Virus record (IMG/VR): IMGVR_UViG_3300016472_000848
Location: 1-64,000 of that record
DNA length: 64,000 bases
Origin: an uncultured virus (IMG/VR IMGVR_UViG_3300016472_000848)
Taxonomy: Duplodnaviria; Heunggongvirae; Uroviricota; Caudoviricetes
Strand: one strand, 5' to 3'
The translations under genes and the position numbers were made by a program. The notes beneath the pieces are model-generated. The model did no database searches. It was not told the DNA's origin and was given only the letters and a program-made list of their open reading frames with translations. Below, in pieces: positions 1-9,364 of the stretch. Position 1 is the stretch's first letter, and every line of letters starts with the position of its first letter.

Positions 1-2
1 CC

Positions 3-3000
3 AAGGATGGTGTAGATGCATCCAAGCTTCCTCAGAAGGTAGAGGAGCTTAAGTGCGAGCTATATCCAAAGAACGTTCAGCAGATTTGGGACAGCTACAA
101 GCATTATACCGCTGGATTTGATTGTTATAATGATGATGTAGTCCGTGATGCTATTGAGCGCACCTGGGATATCGCTCACAATCAGATTGGAACGGTTGAT
201 TTTGATCGTTCTGTTAAGCTTCCTGTTATTGAGAAGCTTGTTTCAAAGACTCACCTTGAAGATGCCATTGAAAAGCTTGGTGAAGGTGCAGGCGAGGACG
301 TTCTTGCTTTTGAAGAGTTGAAGCGTCTTGCTAAGATTGGTCTTAAGAACCGTAATAGAGATGAGGAATCAGAATATATTGACCGTCTTGTATACGAGCT
401 TGGAGTAATCAAGGAACTTAAGTTTGCCAAGTATTTCCTTACATATGCCAAGATCATGGATATTGCTTCAAAACATATGTTGATTGGCTATGGAAGAGGT
501 AGCGCCGCAGGTTCTCTATTAAGTTATTGTTTAGAAATTACTCAGGTAGATCCAATTAAATACGGTTTATTGTTTGAAAGGTTCTTAACAAGGCTTAAGA
601 AAAATTCATACCCAGACATAGACAGCGATTTCGGTGATCGTGAAAAGGCTGTTAAGCTTATTGGTGATTACTTCGGGACAGAGAACGTTATCTCAGTTTC
701 TAACTTTAATCAGCTACAGCTACGCAGTTTGATTAAGGACGTTGCTCGTCTTGCTGGTCTATCATTTGATGAAGTAAACAAGTATACCGGCAAGATTGAG
801 AATGAAGCTCTTGCAGAGGCTAAGAAGACGCCAGGATTTGATCGTGCTGGATGGGTTCTTACCTATGAGGAAGCTGAGAATAACTCTCCTTCATTCCGTG
901 AGTTGATGGAGAAGTATCCAGAGTTTGAAAAGACAGTTCGTGTTTTATTCAAGCAGATGCGAAACGTATCTCGTCACGCTGGCGGTGTAATTATTACCAG
1001 CAATCCACGAGATAATATGCCAATCATTAAGAGCGGCGATGTTCTGCAAACTCCATGGCCAGAAGGTCTTAATGCACGCCACCTTGAAGGTTTCGGGCTT
1101 CTAAAGTTTGATATCCTCGGTCTTGGAACCCTCCGAATGTTTGAGGAGTGTATCCGTAAGATTGTCCGTAAAGAAAATCCCAATAGGAAGTATGTTACTT
1201 TTGATATGATCAAAAAGTGGTATGATGACAAACTTCATCCGGATAAACTTGATCTTACTGATCAAAAAGTGTATAGAAACGTTTGGTGGGAGAGTAGATA
1301 TGCTGGAGTATTCCAGTTTATTAATCCACAGGTTCAGAAGTTTATGGCAGAAATGAAACCTACCAACATTACCGATCTTTCTGTAGCTACTTCAATTTTT
1401 AGACCGGGACCACTTTGTTTGTCTGCTGGAACGCAAATTCTAGTATCTCGTCACAAATATAATGGTCGTTATTTCAAATACAAATCTATTGAGCAACTTT
1501 ATAACGAACAAGAATATCCTGTAGCACATGCCAGATATTCGAATAATCTTTGTTCTTTGGATGAAAATACAAATACCATTGTATCAAATAAAAAAATTCG
1601 TATAATCAAATCAGGCAAGAAAGAAGTTTGGTCCCTCAAAGTTCAACTTAGGGTAGAAGGTCCATGTCAAATTATTGATACCGGAAAATGTAATATGCGT
1701 AGTGCCATTAAACCACTTAAAGCCACGCTGGATCACATGTTTCTTACATTAGACGGTTGGAAACCTCTTAGAAAACTTAAAGAAGGTGATTATCTTTTTA
1801 TGCACAAAACTCAGCTTCCATCGATATCGAGAGCTACCAAAAACATTCATGGCGAGAAAAATTTCAGAAACATAGCTTTTTTAAATTATCGACATCGTTG
1901 CTGTTTTTGTGACTGGAAATCTGGAAGTTTAGACACGAATCACGTAGAAGGTGGACGAAAATACAATAATTCACCAGAAAATCTATCTTTTCTATGCCCT
2001 AATCATCACCGTGAATATACTGAAGGAAATATTAGCAAAGAAATTCTTCAACAAAAAATGGCTGAAAACCGTTTGGTTTTAAATGATGATATTCGAATGG
2101 TCAAATTTCTTGGCATTGAATCTCACGGAATAGAGGAAACATATGATATTGAAATGGCGGCTCCTCACCACAATTTTTTTGCGGGCGGGCTAGTGGTACA
2201 TAATAGTATCGGTGCTGACAAGCTTTATTTAAATAATCGTAAAACCCCATCTAAGATTACATATAAACACCCGCTACTCAAAGACGTACTAGAAAGCACA
2301 TCGGGTTTAATCATCTTTCAAGAGCAGCTACAGCTAATCTACCATCGGCTTGCCGGTGTTCCTCTTGAAGAAACCGACAATGTTCGTAAGGCATTCACCA
2401 AGAAGGATCTATCCAATAAGGAAAAGGCTGCAAAGGAACGTGAGGCAATGCGTGAAGACTTTGCTAATCGCTGCCTTGCTGTAAACAATATCGCTAAGGA
2501 AATCAGCTATAGTATCTTTGATGAAATGGAAAAGTTCGTAGCTTATTCGTTCAATAAGAGTCACGCAGTTAGCTATTCCCTTGTTTCTTATACTTGTGCA
2601 TGGCTCCTAACCTACTATCCAGAGGAATGGATTACCACCTACATTGATTACTGTGCCACCGAGAAAGGTAAGCAAGCTGGCAAGGAAGATCCAAAGGCTA
2701 TTGCTCTATCTGAGGCTAAGGCACTTGGTTTCTCTATCGGTAAGCCGGATATCAATCTCTCTGAGAAGGATTATACGATCCGGGATGGAAAGCTTATTCC
2801 ATCGTTCGCTTCTCTTAAGCACGTTGGTATGACGGTTCTTAATGAGATTAACGAATATCGCCCCTATAACAATCTTGAAGATTTGTTGTTTAGCCCCAAT
2901 GACACATGGCGTCATTCCAAGTTTAATAAGCGTGCGTTGTCTACTCTAATCAAGCTTGAAGCCTTTGGAAGCATGGGTTTGGTTGGAGAGGACAAGATGT

Positions 3001-3518
3001 TTAAGAATTATCGTCAGCTTCACCATGTATTGGTAGATAAGGGCGATGATGTTAAGCGTGCAATTAATAGAAAAAAGAATAAGAATCATAGAGAAATATT
3101 GCAGAAATTAATTGCAGAAGCGCAGGATCTTGAAGATTTCTCTTTGAAAGAGAAAGTAGAATTTAGTAAACAATTATCTGGGACTATTGATATGAGTTTG
3201 ATAGTAACTCCAGAGATAAAAGAATTTTTAGAATTATCTAATATTGAAAGTATTGATTCCTGGCAAGAAGAAGATGATACGTATTGGGCAATTGTTAAAA
3301 ATTCTTTTAAGGCTACAACTAAAACTGGAAAAACGTATCTAAAGATTAATATGTATGGGCACGAGATGAAAGATTACCAGTGTTTTTGTTGGAATTTTAA
3401 TCCTGCCAAAGATCAGCCAATTCCTGAGAATACTCTGATTGTAGGTAAATTTAAAAATAGTAATTTTGGTTTTTCTTCTTTCTTTGGACAAATAGAGATA
3501 TTAATTAAAAACAGATGA
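3..3518 (+). CDS. dnaE: DNA polymerase III alpha subunit (family C), 5'-truncated, intein-containing
   Basis: Frame open from position 3; motifs GRGSAAGSL, FERFL, PDIDSDF, SRHAGG, KFDILGL, RPGP, YSFNKSHA; C-terminal OB-like region. Confidence 0.97.
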   Translation, partial: KDGVDASKLPQKVEELKCELYPKNVQQIWDSYKHYTAGFDCYNDDVVRDAIERTWDIAHNQIGTVDFDRSVKLPVIEKLVSKTHLEDAIEKLGEGAGEDVLAFEELKRLAKIGLKNRNRDEESEYIDRLVYELGVIKELKFAKYFLTYAKIMDIASKHMLIGYGRGSAAGSLLSYCLEITQVDPIKYGLLFERFLTRLKKNSYPDIDSDFGDREKAVKLIGDYFGTENVISVSNFNQLQLRSLIKDVARLAGLSFDEVNKYTGKIENEALAEAKKTPGFDRAGWVLTYEEAENNSPSFRELMEKYPEFEKTVRVLFKQMRNVSRHAGGVIITSNPRDNMPIIKSGDVLQTPWPEGLNARHLEGFGLLKFDILGLGTLRMFEECIRKIVRKENPNRKYVTFDMIKKWYDDKLHPDKLDLTDQKVYRNVWWESRYAGVFQFINPQVQKFMAEMKPTNITDLSVATSIFRPGPLCLSAGTQILVSRHKYNGRYFKYKSIEQLYNEQEYPVAHARYSNNLCSLDENTNTIVSNKKIRIIKSGKKEVWSLKVQLRVEGPCQIIDTGKCNMRSAIKPLKATLDHMFLTLDGWKPLRKLKEGDYLFMHKTQLPSISRATKNIHGEKNFRNIAFLNYRHRCCFCDWKSGSLDTNHVEGGRKYNNSPENLSFLCPNHHREYTEGNISKEILQQKMAENRLVLNDDIRMVKFLGIESHGIEETYDIEMAAPHHNFFAGGLVVHNSIGADKLYLNNRKTPSKITYKHPLLKDVLESTSGLIIFQEQLQLIYHRLAGVPLEETDNVRKAFTKKDLSNKEKAAKEREAMREDFANRCLAVNNIAKEISYSIFDEMEKFVAYSFNKSHAVSYSLVSYTCAWLLTYYPEEWITTYIDYCATEKGKQAGKEDPKAIALSEAKALGFSIGKPDINLSEKDYTIRDGKLIPSFASLKHVGMTVLNEINEYRPYNNLEDLLFSPNDTWRHSKFNKRALSTLIKLEAFGSMGLVGEDKMFKNYRQLHHVLVDKGDDVKRAINRKKNKNHREILQKLIAEAQDLEDFSLKEKVEFSKQLSGTIDMSLIVTPEIKEFLELSNIESIDSWQEEDDTYWAIVKNSFKATTKTGKTYLKINMYGHEMKDYQCFCWNFNPAKDQPIPENTLIVGKFKNSNFGFSSFFGQIEILIKNR
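1416..2204 (+). mobile_element. Intein (263 aa) in DnaE with HNH endonuclease domain
   Basis: RPGPL|CLSAGT ... ATLDH (block B) ... YDIEM ... VVHN|S; internal CCFC...LDTNH...NNSPENLSFLCPNHH. Confidence 0.93.
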
Positions 3519-3519
3519 T

Positions 3520-4410
3520 ATGCTAGAGTTCAATCCAGAAGATTATATAGGCAATACACCATTAATAAAATATAGCGATAGAATCTATATTAAATTAGAA
3601 TATTTAAATTATACCGGTTCTATTAAAGACAGACCTGTTTGGCACATACTAAAAAAGGCTGAAATTGCTAAAAAGATTAGGCATGATTGGACTACGTTAG
3701 TAGAGGCTAGTAGCGGAAATACTGGTATTTCTTTATCAACGTTTGGAAAATTAAAGAATTATTCTGTGAAAATAATCATGCCAGAAGACATGAGCGAAGA
3801 ACGCAAGAAAATAATTTCTTTATTAGGTGCTGAGATAATTTTTGTAGGTGCCGGTGGATTTTTAGATGCTATTGCACTTAGAAATAAGTTATGCGAAGAA
3901 TATGAGAATTTTTATAATTTTAATCAATTTGATAGTAGGGAAAATATAGAAGCTCATTATTATGGCACCGGCAAAGAAATAGAAAAACAATGTAAACAGA
4001 ATAATTTAAAACCATCAGGATTCATTTGTGGCACAGGTACAGGCGGAACCTTCATGGGAGTTTCAAAGAGGCTTCGAAAGGCATTTCCTGGAATTCGCTG
4101 TTGTGTTTTGGAACCAGAGGAGAGTCCTGTTATGTCAGGTGGCAAACCTGGATTGCATAAAATTCAAGGCATAGGAGACGGAAGCAAATATTTGGTAGAT
4201 TTAAAGATGGTAGATAAAATCTATAGAATATCTTCCGAAGAGGCAATAAAAGAAGCCAAGGCTATATCAAGAGATCTTGGACATTTTGTTGGTATTAGTT
4301 CTGCTGCCAATTTAATTGCCGCAAGAAGAATGGCAGAAGAATATCCTTCTGATGGACCTATTATCACTATTTTTTGTGATAGTGGTCCCAGATACCTATC
4401 CATGTTTTAA
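3520..4410 (+). CDS. cysK: Cysteine synthase (PLP-dependent, CysK/CysM family)
   Basis: IGNTPL, KLEYLNYTGSIKDR (PLP lysine), EASSGNTG, GTGTGGT, HKIQGIG. Confidence 0.92.
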   Translation: MLEFNPEDYIGNTPLIKYSDRIYIKLEYLNYTGSIKDRPVWHILKKAEIAKKIRHDWTTLVEASSGNTGISLSTFGKLKNYSVKIIMPEDMSEERKKIISLLGAEIIFVGAGGFLDAIALRNKLCEEYENFYNFNQFDSRENIEAHYYGTGKEIEKQCKQNNLKPSGFICGTGTGGTFMGVSKRLRKAFPGIRCCVLEPEESPVMSGGKPGLHKIQGIGDGSKYLVDLKMVDKIYRISSEEAIKEAKAISRDLGHFVGISSAANLIAARRMAEEYPSDGPIITIFCDSGPRYLSMF

Positions 4411-4454
4411 CATATAATAGATAATCATTTTATCTTGATAATAGGTAAAATGAC

Positions 4455-5597
4455 ATGGAATACGAAAAAATAACCCTGCCAAACTTTGTAAGTGTTGCCG
4501 TAAGTAAAACTCAATACAACATTTACAATGCAGAAAAAGATTCTTCTTACCTTGGAGATGATTCTACAATTTCTGTTCCTTATTGTTATTTTTATATTCC
4601 AAGTATAGCTTCTTCTTCCAATGGATTAAAATATTTTCATTTGTATCCACATGCAGGATACAATTATTCTCATGTTAAAAACGAGATAACAAGTGCGCTT
4701 GAAGCAAAAGATTTTGATCATTATGAATTTGATAACTCGCAACCAATAACAAAAGTAAAAATTGAAACTATATACGGCAACAATACTTTACTGTCTTTCA
4801 ATATCAAAACAACAACTGGACAAATTGTAAGAGTAAATAAAACAGTATCTACAGCCAGTGTTTGCAGGAGTCTTCTACAAAAGAAAACAATAGAAAAAGA
4901 ATTTGAAAATGAATTCTATTTCTTGAATAGAAAGAATAAACTAGAGTTAGTCTCTACGGATACGGCTAGTTGGAGATGGTACAATAAATGTTTCGAAAGG
5001 CAAAAATTACCTGTAGTAACAAAACAAAATTTGCAGGTAGGTAAAATTTATAGAAATAAAAAAGGTAATTCAGCACTTTTCGTAGGATATGTCAGCACCG
5101 TTGCGTATAATCCAGAATTTTCTAGTTCAATCAAAGAAGCTTGCCAAGGCAAAGTATCGACATTGAATATAGATCTTAAAAAAGAAATTTCTCTAAAAGA
5201 GTCTCATGTAAAGATGGCTACCATGTGGTTGATCTTGCCAAGTTTTTATATGAGAAATTCATTTAAAAAAGATAGAACAATTTTAGATTCATTTGTTAAT
5301 AAATGTTTGGCTGTTGGAAATTATGCCTATATTAGCATTTTAAAAAGACATACTTTCATAGAACTGATAGATGAAATTCCCGCCTATAACATTACCCCAC
5401 AAGCATTTTCTTCTGTGAAAAATTGTGCAAATGAAGATTTAGAAAATCTAAAATCTCGTATAGAAAATACAAACAATTTCTTTAAGACAATAAAAGATAC
5501 AAAAATTATTTGCAAATTATCTAAATTTGCAAATTTAATACCATTTGGCATGGACACGGTTGTTCATCCTTACTATAAAACATTTAATAAAGTGTAA
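4455..5597 (+). CDS. Hypothetical protein
   Basis: 380 aa ORF, no recognised motif. Confidence 0.8.
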   Translation: MEYEKITLPNFVSVAVSKTQYNIYNAEKDSSYLGDDSTISVPYCYFYIPSIASSSNGLKYFHLYPHAGYNYSHVKNEITSALEAKDFDHYEFDNSQPITKVKIETIYGNNTLLSFNIKTTTGQIVRVNKTVSTASVCRSLLQKKTIEKEFENEFYFLNRKNKLELVSTDTASWRWYNKCFERQKLPVVTKQNLQVGKIYRNKKGNSALFVGYVSTVAYNPEFSSSIKEACQGKVSTLNIDLKKEISLKESHVKMATMWLILPSFYMRNSFKKDRTILDSFVNKCLAVGNYAYISILKRHTFIELIDEIPAYNITPQAFSSVKNCANEDLENLKSRIENTNNFFKTIKDTKIICKLSKFANLIPFGMDTVVHPYYKTFNKV

Positions 5598-5680
5598 AAT
5601 AAATAATGATTTTTCATTTATTTGAAATTCTATATGGGTATTCCTATTTATTATGAGAATGAACCATCTCTGAGGAACAA

Positions 5681-6643
5681 ATGTCAAAAATTAAATTTAA
5701 ACCCGAAGAACTCCGTTCTTTAATTCGTGATTCAATTCAAACTACGTTTAAAACAAATGGTTTGATTAAAGAATCAAAAGAAGAACCACTTCTAAAAACT
5801 CCAGTTAAAGTTTTAACAAACATGAAAGAAAAAATTGCAACCCTACAAGAAGCTCTTGTAGCAATTCCAAAAAACTTTATCTTAAAAACAGAAAGATTAT
5901 CAAAAGGTGCAAAAGAAGCACATTTCAATTTATATAAAAAATATGTAGATTCTTTCAACAAAATTTCTTCTGAATTAGATGCGGTTAATAGACAAAATGC
6001 AAATTCAACTCACAGCTCCTTTCGTTCATTAAAAGTAGATGAAAATTACAATTTAAATGGCATCAAATTACATGAATTATATTGGGCAAACATTTCAGAT
6101 TTAAATTCAGAAATAAGCGTTAATTCTTTTCCTTATATGAGATTGGCTCGTGATTGGGGAACTTTTGAAGCTTGGCAACTTGATTTTATTTCCACCGCAT
6201 TATCAGCGAGAAATGGTTGGGCTATGTGTGTGTATGAACCATATAAAAACAAGTACATGAATGTAATTGTCAATAGTCACAACAAAGATATTCCTGTAGG
6301 TGCAATTCCTGTTATTGTTATGGACATGTGGGAACATGCATATTTTAAAGATTATCTTGATGATAAAAAATCATATCTAATTGGCATGATGAAAGAGTTA
6401 AATTGGGATGTTATAGAAGCACGAATGAAAGTTGCCGAAAATGCAAATTTAAATTTAATATATCAAATTATGCCAATGGTAAATGATGGACCAGAAAAAC
6501 TCTTAGCAGCGGCAGAAAAAGCTGAAGAATTGCCAATTGCTAGCGTACAGCCAGTTCAAGGCACGGTTTCTCCTGCAATTCCATCTGGGGTAGGTTCTCC
6601 TGTAATGGTTCCTCAACAGCCTGGTACTTCACGAATAGTTTGA
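5681..6643 (+). CDS. sod: Fe/Mn superoxide dismutase-like protein with N- and C-terminal extensions
   Basis: Metal ligands AHF, LHELYW and MDMWEHAY; NGWA; LNWDVI; ~60 aa charged leader and Pro-rich tail. Confidence 0.88.
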   Translation: MSKIKFKPEELRSLIRDSIQTTFKTNGLIKESKEEPLLKTPVKVLTNMKEKIATLQEALVAIPKNFILKTERLSKGAKEAHFNLYKKYVDSFNKISSELDAVNRQNANSTHSSFRSLKVDENYNLNGIKLHELYWANISDLNSEISVNSFPYMRLARDWGTFEAWQLDFISTALSARNGWAMCVYEPYKNKYMNVIVNSHNKDIPVGAIPVIVMDMWEHAYFKDYLDDKKSYLIGMMKELNWDVIEARMKVAENANLNLIYQIMPMVNDGPEKLLAAAEKAEELPIASVQPVQGTVSPAIPSGVGSPVMVPQQPGTSRIV

Positions 6644-6662
6644 ATCAAAGATTGGTATCCAT

Positions 6663-7319
6663 ATGAAAAGAAAAATAAAAAAAGCACCTCTAACAACAAA
6701 TGCAAAAGTCTTGCAAGAGCAAATGCCGCAAATGTCATATCCAAAAAAAATTGCAGACTTTTCAAAGCAAAAAAGCAGACCAATCTCTTTAGATCAAGTT
6801 ATAGATCGTTATCTAATCAGATATGAAAAGGAAAGTATTCCTATGTCCGATAATATCGGTTTAGATAAACTACCAATGATGGAAAGTGCTGCAAGCAACA
6901 ATGTAAAATTATTGCAAAAATTCTTATTTGAACAGGAAGATCCTGGTGCCGCCGAAGGAGGTGGAGATACAAGCGAACCTCCACCAGATACAGGTGGAGG
7001 AGGAGGAGGAGGAGGAGGAGGTCCAGCAGAAGAAAATCCAATTTTCAAAACTCCAATTATTAACTTAAATGATTTTGCTAGATCCGTAGCAAGATTAATC
7101 AATAATTTCGAAGCATTGTCAGATCCAAAAACGATTATTTTAAATCGTGCAGAAGCTTATATTGCATCAAATTATGATTCACAAACTGCAAAACAGTTTA
7201 CAGAAATGATGGAACAAAATTACGGAATTCATCCAACATCAACCGCTTTCCCAGAGGATTACTCAGATCCTGTGTTGTATGGAACTACCGGTCCAAATTC
7301 CGCAGCATCAGGAGGATGA
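6663..7319 (+). CDS. Hypothetical protein with Gly/Pro-rich linker, possible head protein
   Basis: 218 aa; poly-Gly encoded by a GGA run; LQEQ/MMES/LFEQ motifs. Confidence 0.75.
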   Translation: MKRKIKKAPLTTNAKVLQEQMPQMSYPKKIADFSKQKSRPISLDQVIDRYLIRYEKESIPMSDNIGLDKLPMMESAASNNVKLLQKFLFEQEDPGAAEGGGDTSEPPPDTGGGGGGGGGGPAEENPIFKTPIINLNDFARSVARLINNFEALSDPKTIILNRAEAYIASNYDSQTAKQFTEMMEQNYGIHPTSTAFPEDYSDPVLYGTTGPNSAASGG

Positions 7320-7591
7320 TTTTGGAAAAACTTGAAAAGAGAACTATTACTTTTCAATTTGAGCATCAACAATTACTCGACTTGAGAAGAATTCTTTTTC
7401 AAAAAGGTCTAAATCCACAATTATTTTTCTCATATATAGCAACAAAAGTCGCTATGTGCGACCCACAAATAGAGGCATTATACGAAGGAGCAAAAAAGTA
7501 TAAATTAGATAGAGCATTAGATAGAAAATTAGAAAAAGCAGATGCAGATACAATCTATTCTCTAATAGAACAGCAATTGAAAAATACATAA
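7316..7591 (+). CDS. Hypothetical protein
   Basis: ATGA overlap with the upstream gene, GGAGG RBS. Confidence 0.75.
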   Translation: MILEKLEKRTITFQFEHQQLLDLRRILFQKGLNPQLFFSYIATKVAMCDPQIEALYEGAKKYKLDRALDRKLEKADADTIYSLIEQQLKNT

Positions 7592-7609
7592 TAAAAGAAA
7601 GAGGTTCCT

Positions 7610-8008
7610 ATGACATTCTTCAATAGAATTAAAAAAGCTTTTGATGTGCTTAACGGTAAGGATGTTGAAATAGTAGAGGTGAAAAAAGACTCCGAACTAT
7701 ATGCTCTCGTCTCAGATAAAATAACAAACTTAGATTCTATACAATTAGAAAAATTAGAAAAACGCCTATCAAATGTAGAGAAAGTTATGAATTTCTTACT
7801 TGTTAAATTAAATGATGTTGTGGAAAATCAAAAAGCATCAAATGATTTGCTTCTAAATGCGGCAACCATGGTTGAAGAAATATATCATGTCTTTGGAACT
7901 AATGACCTAGTTGGCGTAAAAACTTCCGATAATGCGTCAGATAAACAGTCTGATAATAAAGATTTTGATTCTTTAACAAGAATTCCAAAAAAACACGAAA
8001 TGAACTAG
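7610..8008 (+). CDS. Hypothetical coiled-coil protein
   Basis: GAGG RBS, 132 aa. Confidence 0.75.
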   Translation: MTFFNRIKKAFDVLNGKDVEIVEVKKDSELYALVSDKITNLDSIQLEKLEKRLSNVEKVMNFLLVKLNDVVENQKASNDLLLNAATMVEEIYHVFGTNDLVGVKTSDNASDKQSDNKDFDSLTRIPKKHEMN

Positions 8009-8009
8009 C

Positions 8010-8426
8010 ATGGAAACGCCAAATACAAATAACTTAGTTAAATCATTTTTTATTAACAACTGGCTATCGTTGCTCCTTATTGTTGGAGTGGCGGTAGCCG
8101 GTTATTTTGCCTATCAGAGATTTAATGAAATAAATCAAAGAAATTCTGATATGTCTGCCCTTATTGAAGAACAAAATGCGGCTATCGCTCAAAATCATAA
8201 TACCATTACCCAACTAAATAATACAGTTACTTCCGAAAGAGAAGCAAGAGAAACCCTCAGACGAGATTATGAAAGAAGAGTGGAAGAGATAAGATCCGAT
8301 CTTCAAGAACAAATAGATCGTATACGCAGAAATCGTTCCATAAGAACAAATGAGCTAACAAATAATTCTTCAGACTTGGTTGATAGCTATAACAGAACAT
8401 TTGGCTTTGGAAGGACAACACCATGA
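8010..8426 (+). CDS. Putative i-spanin-like protein
   Basis: Single N-terminal TM segment (WLSLLLIVGVAVAGYFAY) followed by a long coiled coil; overlaps the next gene. Confidence 0.55.
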   Translation: METPNTNNLVKSFFINNWLSLLLIVGVAVAGYFAYQRFNEINQRNSDMSALIEEQNAAIAQNHNTITQLNNTVTSEREARETLRRDYERRVEEIRSDLQEQIDRIRRNRSIRTNELTNNSSDLVDSYNRTFGFGRTTP

Positions 8427-8998
8427 TTAAAAAACTAATCTCACATATCTTATTAATCACCCTATTGGTTGGTTGCACTACAGGAAACCTTCCAGGAGGC
8501 TCTACAACCGCTGTAGATGATCATGGCTTCCCAGATATGCCTCCTATTGAGTTAGCCCCTGTAGAAGCCGTTGTGGTGCCCGCAGTAGAGCCTAATCCAA
8601 CTCCTACTCCATCACCGGTTGCCTTAACTCTAAATCAAGAGTTTAGAGCACCATATCCAGGCGTTTTCTTTTCAAGTGAACAAGCGGCTTATATTATAGC
8701 TGAACTTGAAGCTTATCAAGAACGTGTGGCGGTATCTATGGAAAGCATAAGAACCGCTTATGATTTAAGATTACGAACAGAAGTAGAAGAATTACGAATA
8801 CAGATTAATGGGGATCGTGCTCGTTTTCGTATTGTTATAGAGGCAAGAGATGCTGAGATTGCCAGATTAATGAGATTAAACGAGCGAGTTATTAATCGTG
8901 GTTCAGAATTTCCATGGGATGCTGTGCTAGTTGGTGCTGGTGGTTTACTCGTTGGAGTTATTGGTGGTTTCCTAATGGGATTTGTTGCTGCCAATTAA
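8423..8998 (+). CDS. Lipoprotein with C-terminal TM segment, spanin-like
   Basis: Lipobox LVG|C18, Pro-rich region, helical region, C-terminal hydrophobic AVLVGAGGLLVGVIGGFLMGFVAA. Confidence 0.6.
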   Translation: MIKKLISHILLITLLVGCTTGNLPGGSTTAVDDHGFPDMPPIELAPVEAVVVPAVEPNPTPTPSPVALTLNQEFRAPYPGVFFSSEQAAYIIAELEAYQERVAVSMESIRTAYDLRLRTEVEELRIQINGDRARFRIVIEARDAEIARLMRLNERVINRGSEFPWDAVLVGAGGLLVGVIGGFLMGFVAAN

Positions 8999-9019
8999 TA
9001 CTTAATAAAAAGGATTTAT

Positions 9020-9310
9020 ATGAAAGTACCTCTTTTAGAACAAAGTGATGGAAAAAAATCTGCTTCATTTACCATGATGGTAATAGGATTTACCGTAGTT
9101 ACCCTATGGCTTCTTGTGTCTATTGTAGAAGAAGCTTTCGGTATTAAAATAAGAGAATTTTCCGGCACAGAGGCAATGAGTTATCTAACACCACTTACAG
9201 TTTTATACTTTGGACGTAGATGGGCTGATAAGAGTGCTGCCAATTCTACCTCAGAATCCTCTTCTAAAAATTCAAATTCCTCTGCTGAAGAAAAAAAATC
9301 TGAAGATTGA
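9020..9310 (+). CDS. Putative holin-like small membrane protein
   Basis: 96 aa, two hydrophobic segments and a charged/Ser-rich C-tail, next to spanin-like genes. Confidence 0.55.
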   Translation: MKVPLLEQSDGKKSASFTMMVIGFTVVTLWLLVSIVEEAFGIKIREFSGTEAMSYLTPLTVLYFGRRWADKSAANSTSESSSKNSNSSAEEKKSED

Positions 9311-9364
9311 TATGTGAATCATAATTTCTTCAAATAATTACAAAAAGATTTCTATGGGTATAAA

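Noticed and set aside
2530..2570. Split DnaE intein at the cyanobacterial site
   Set aside because: The AYSFNKSHA motif is uninterrupted here
6992..7022. GGA microsatellite as a phase-variation switch
   Set aside because: It is a triplet repeat encoding a Gly linker, so length changes keep the frame
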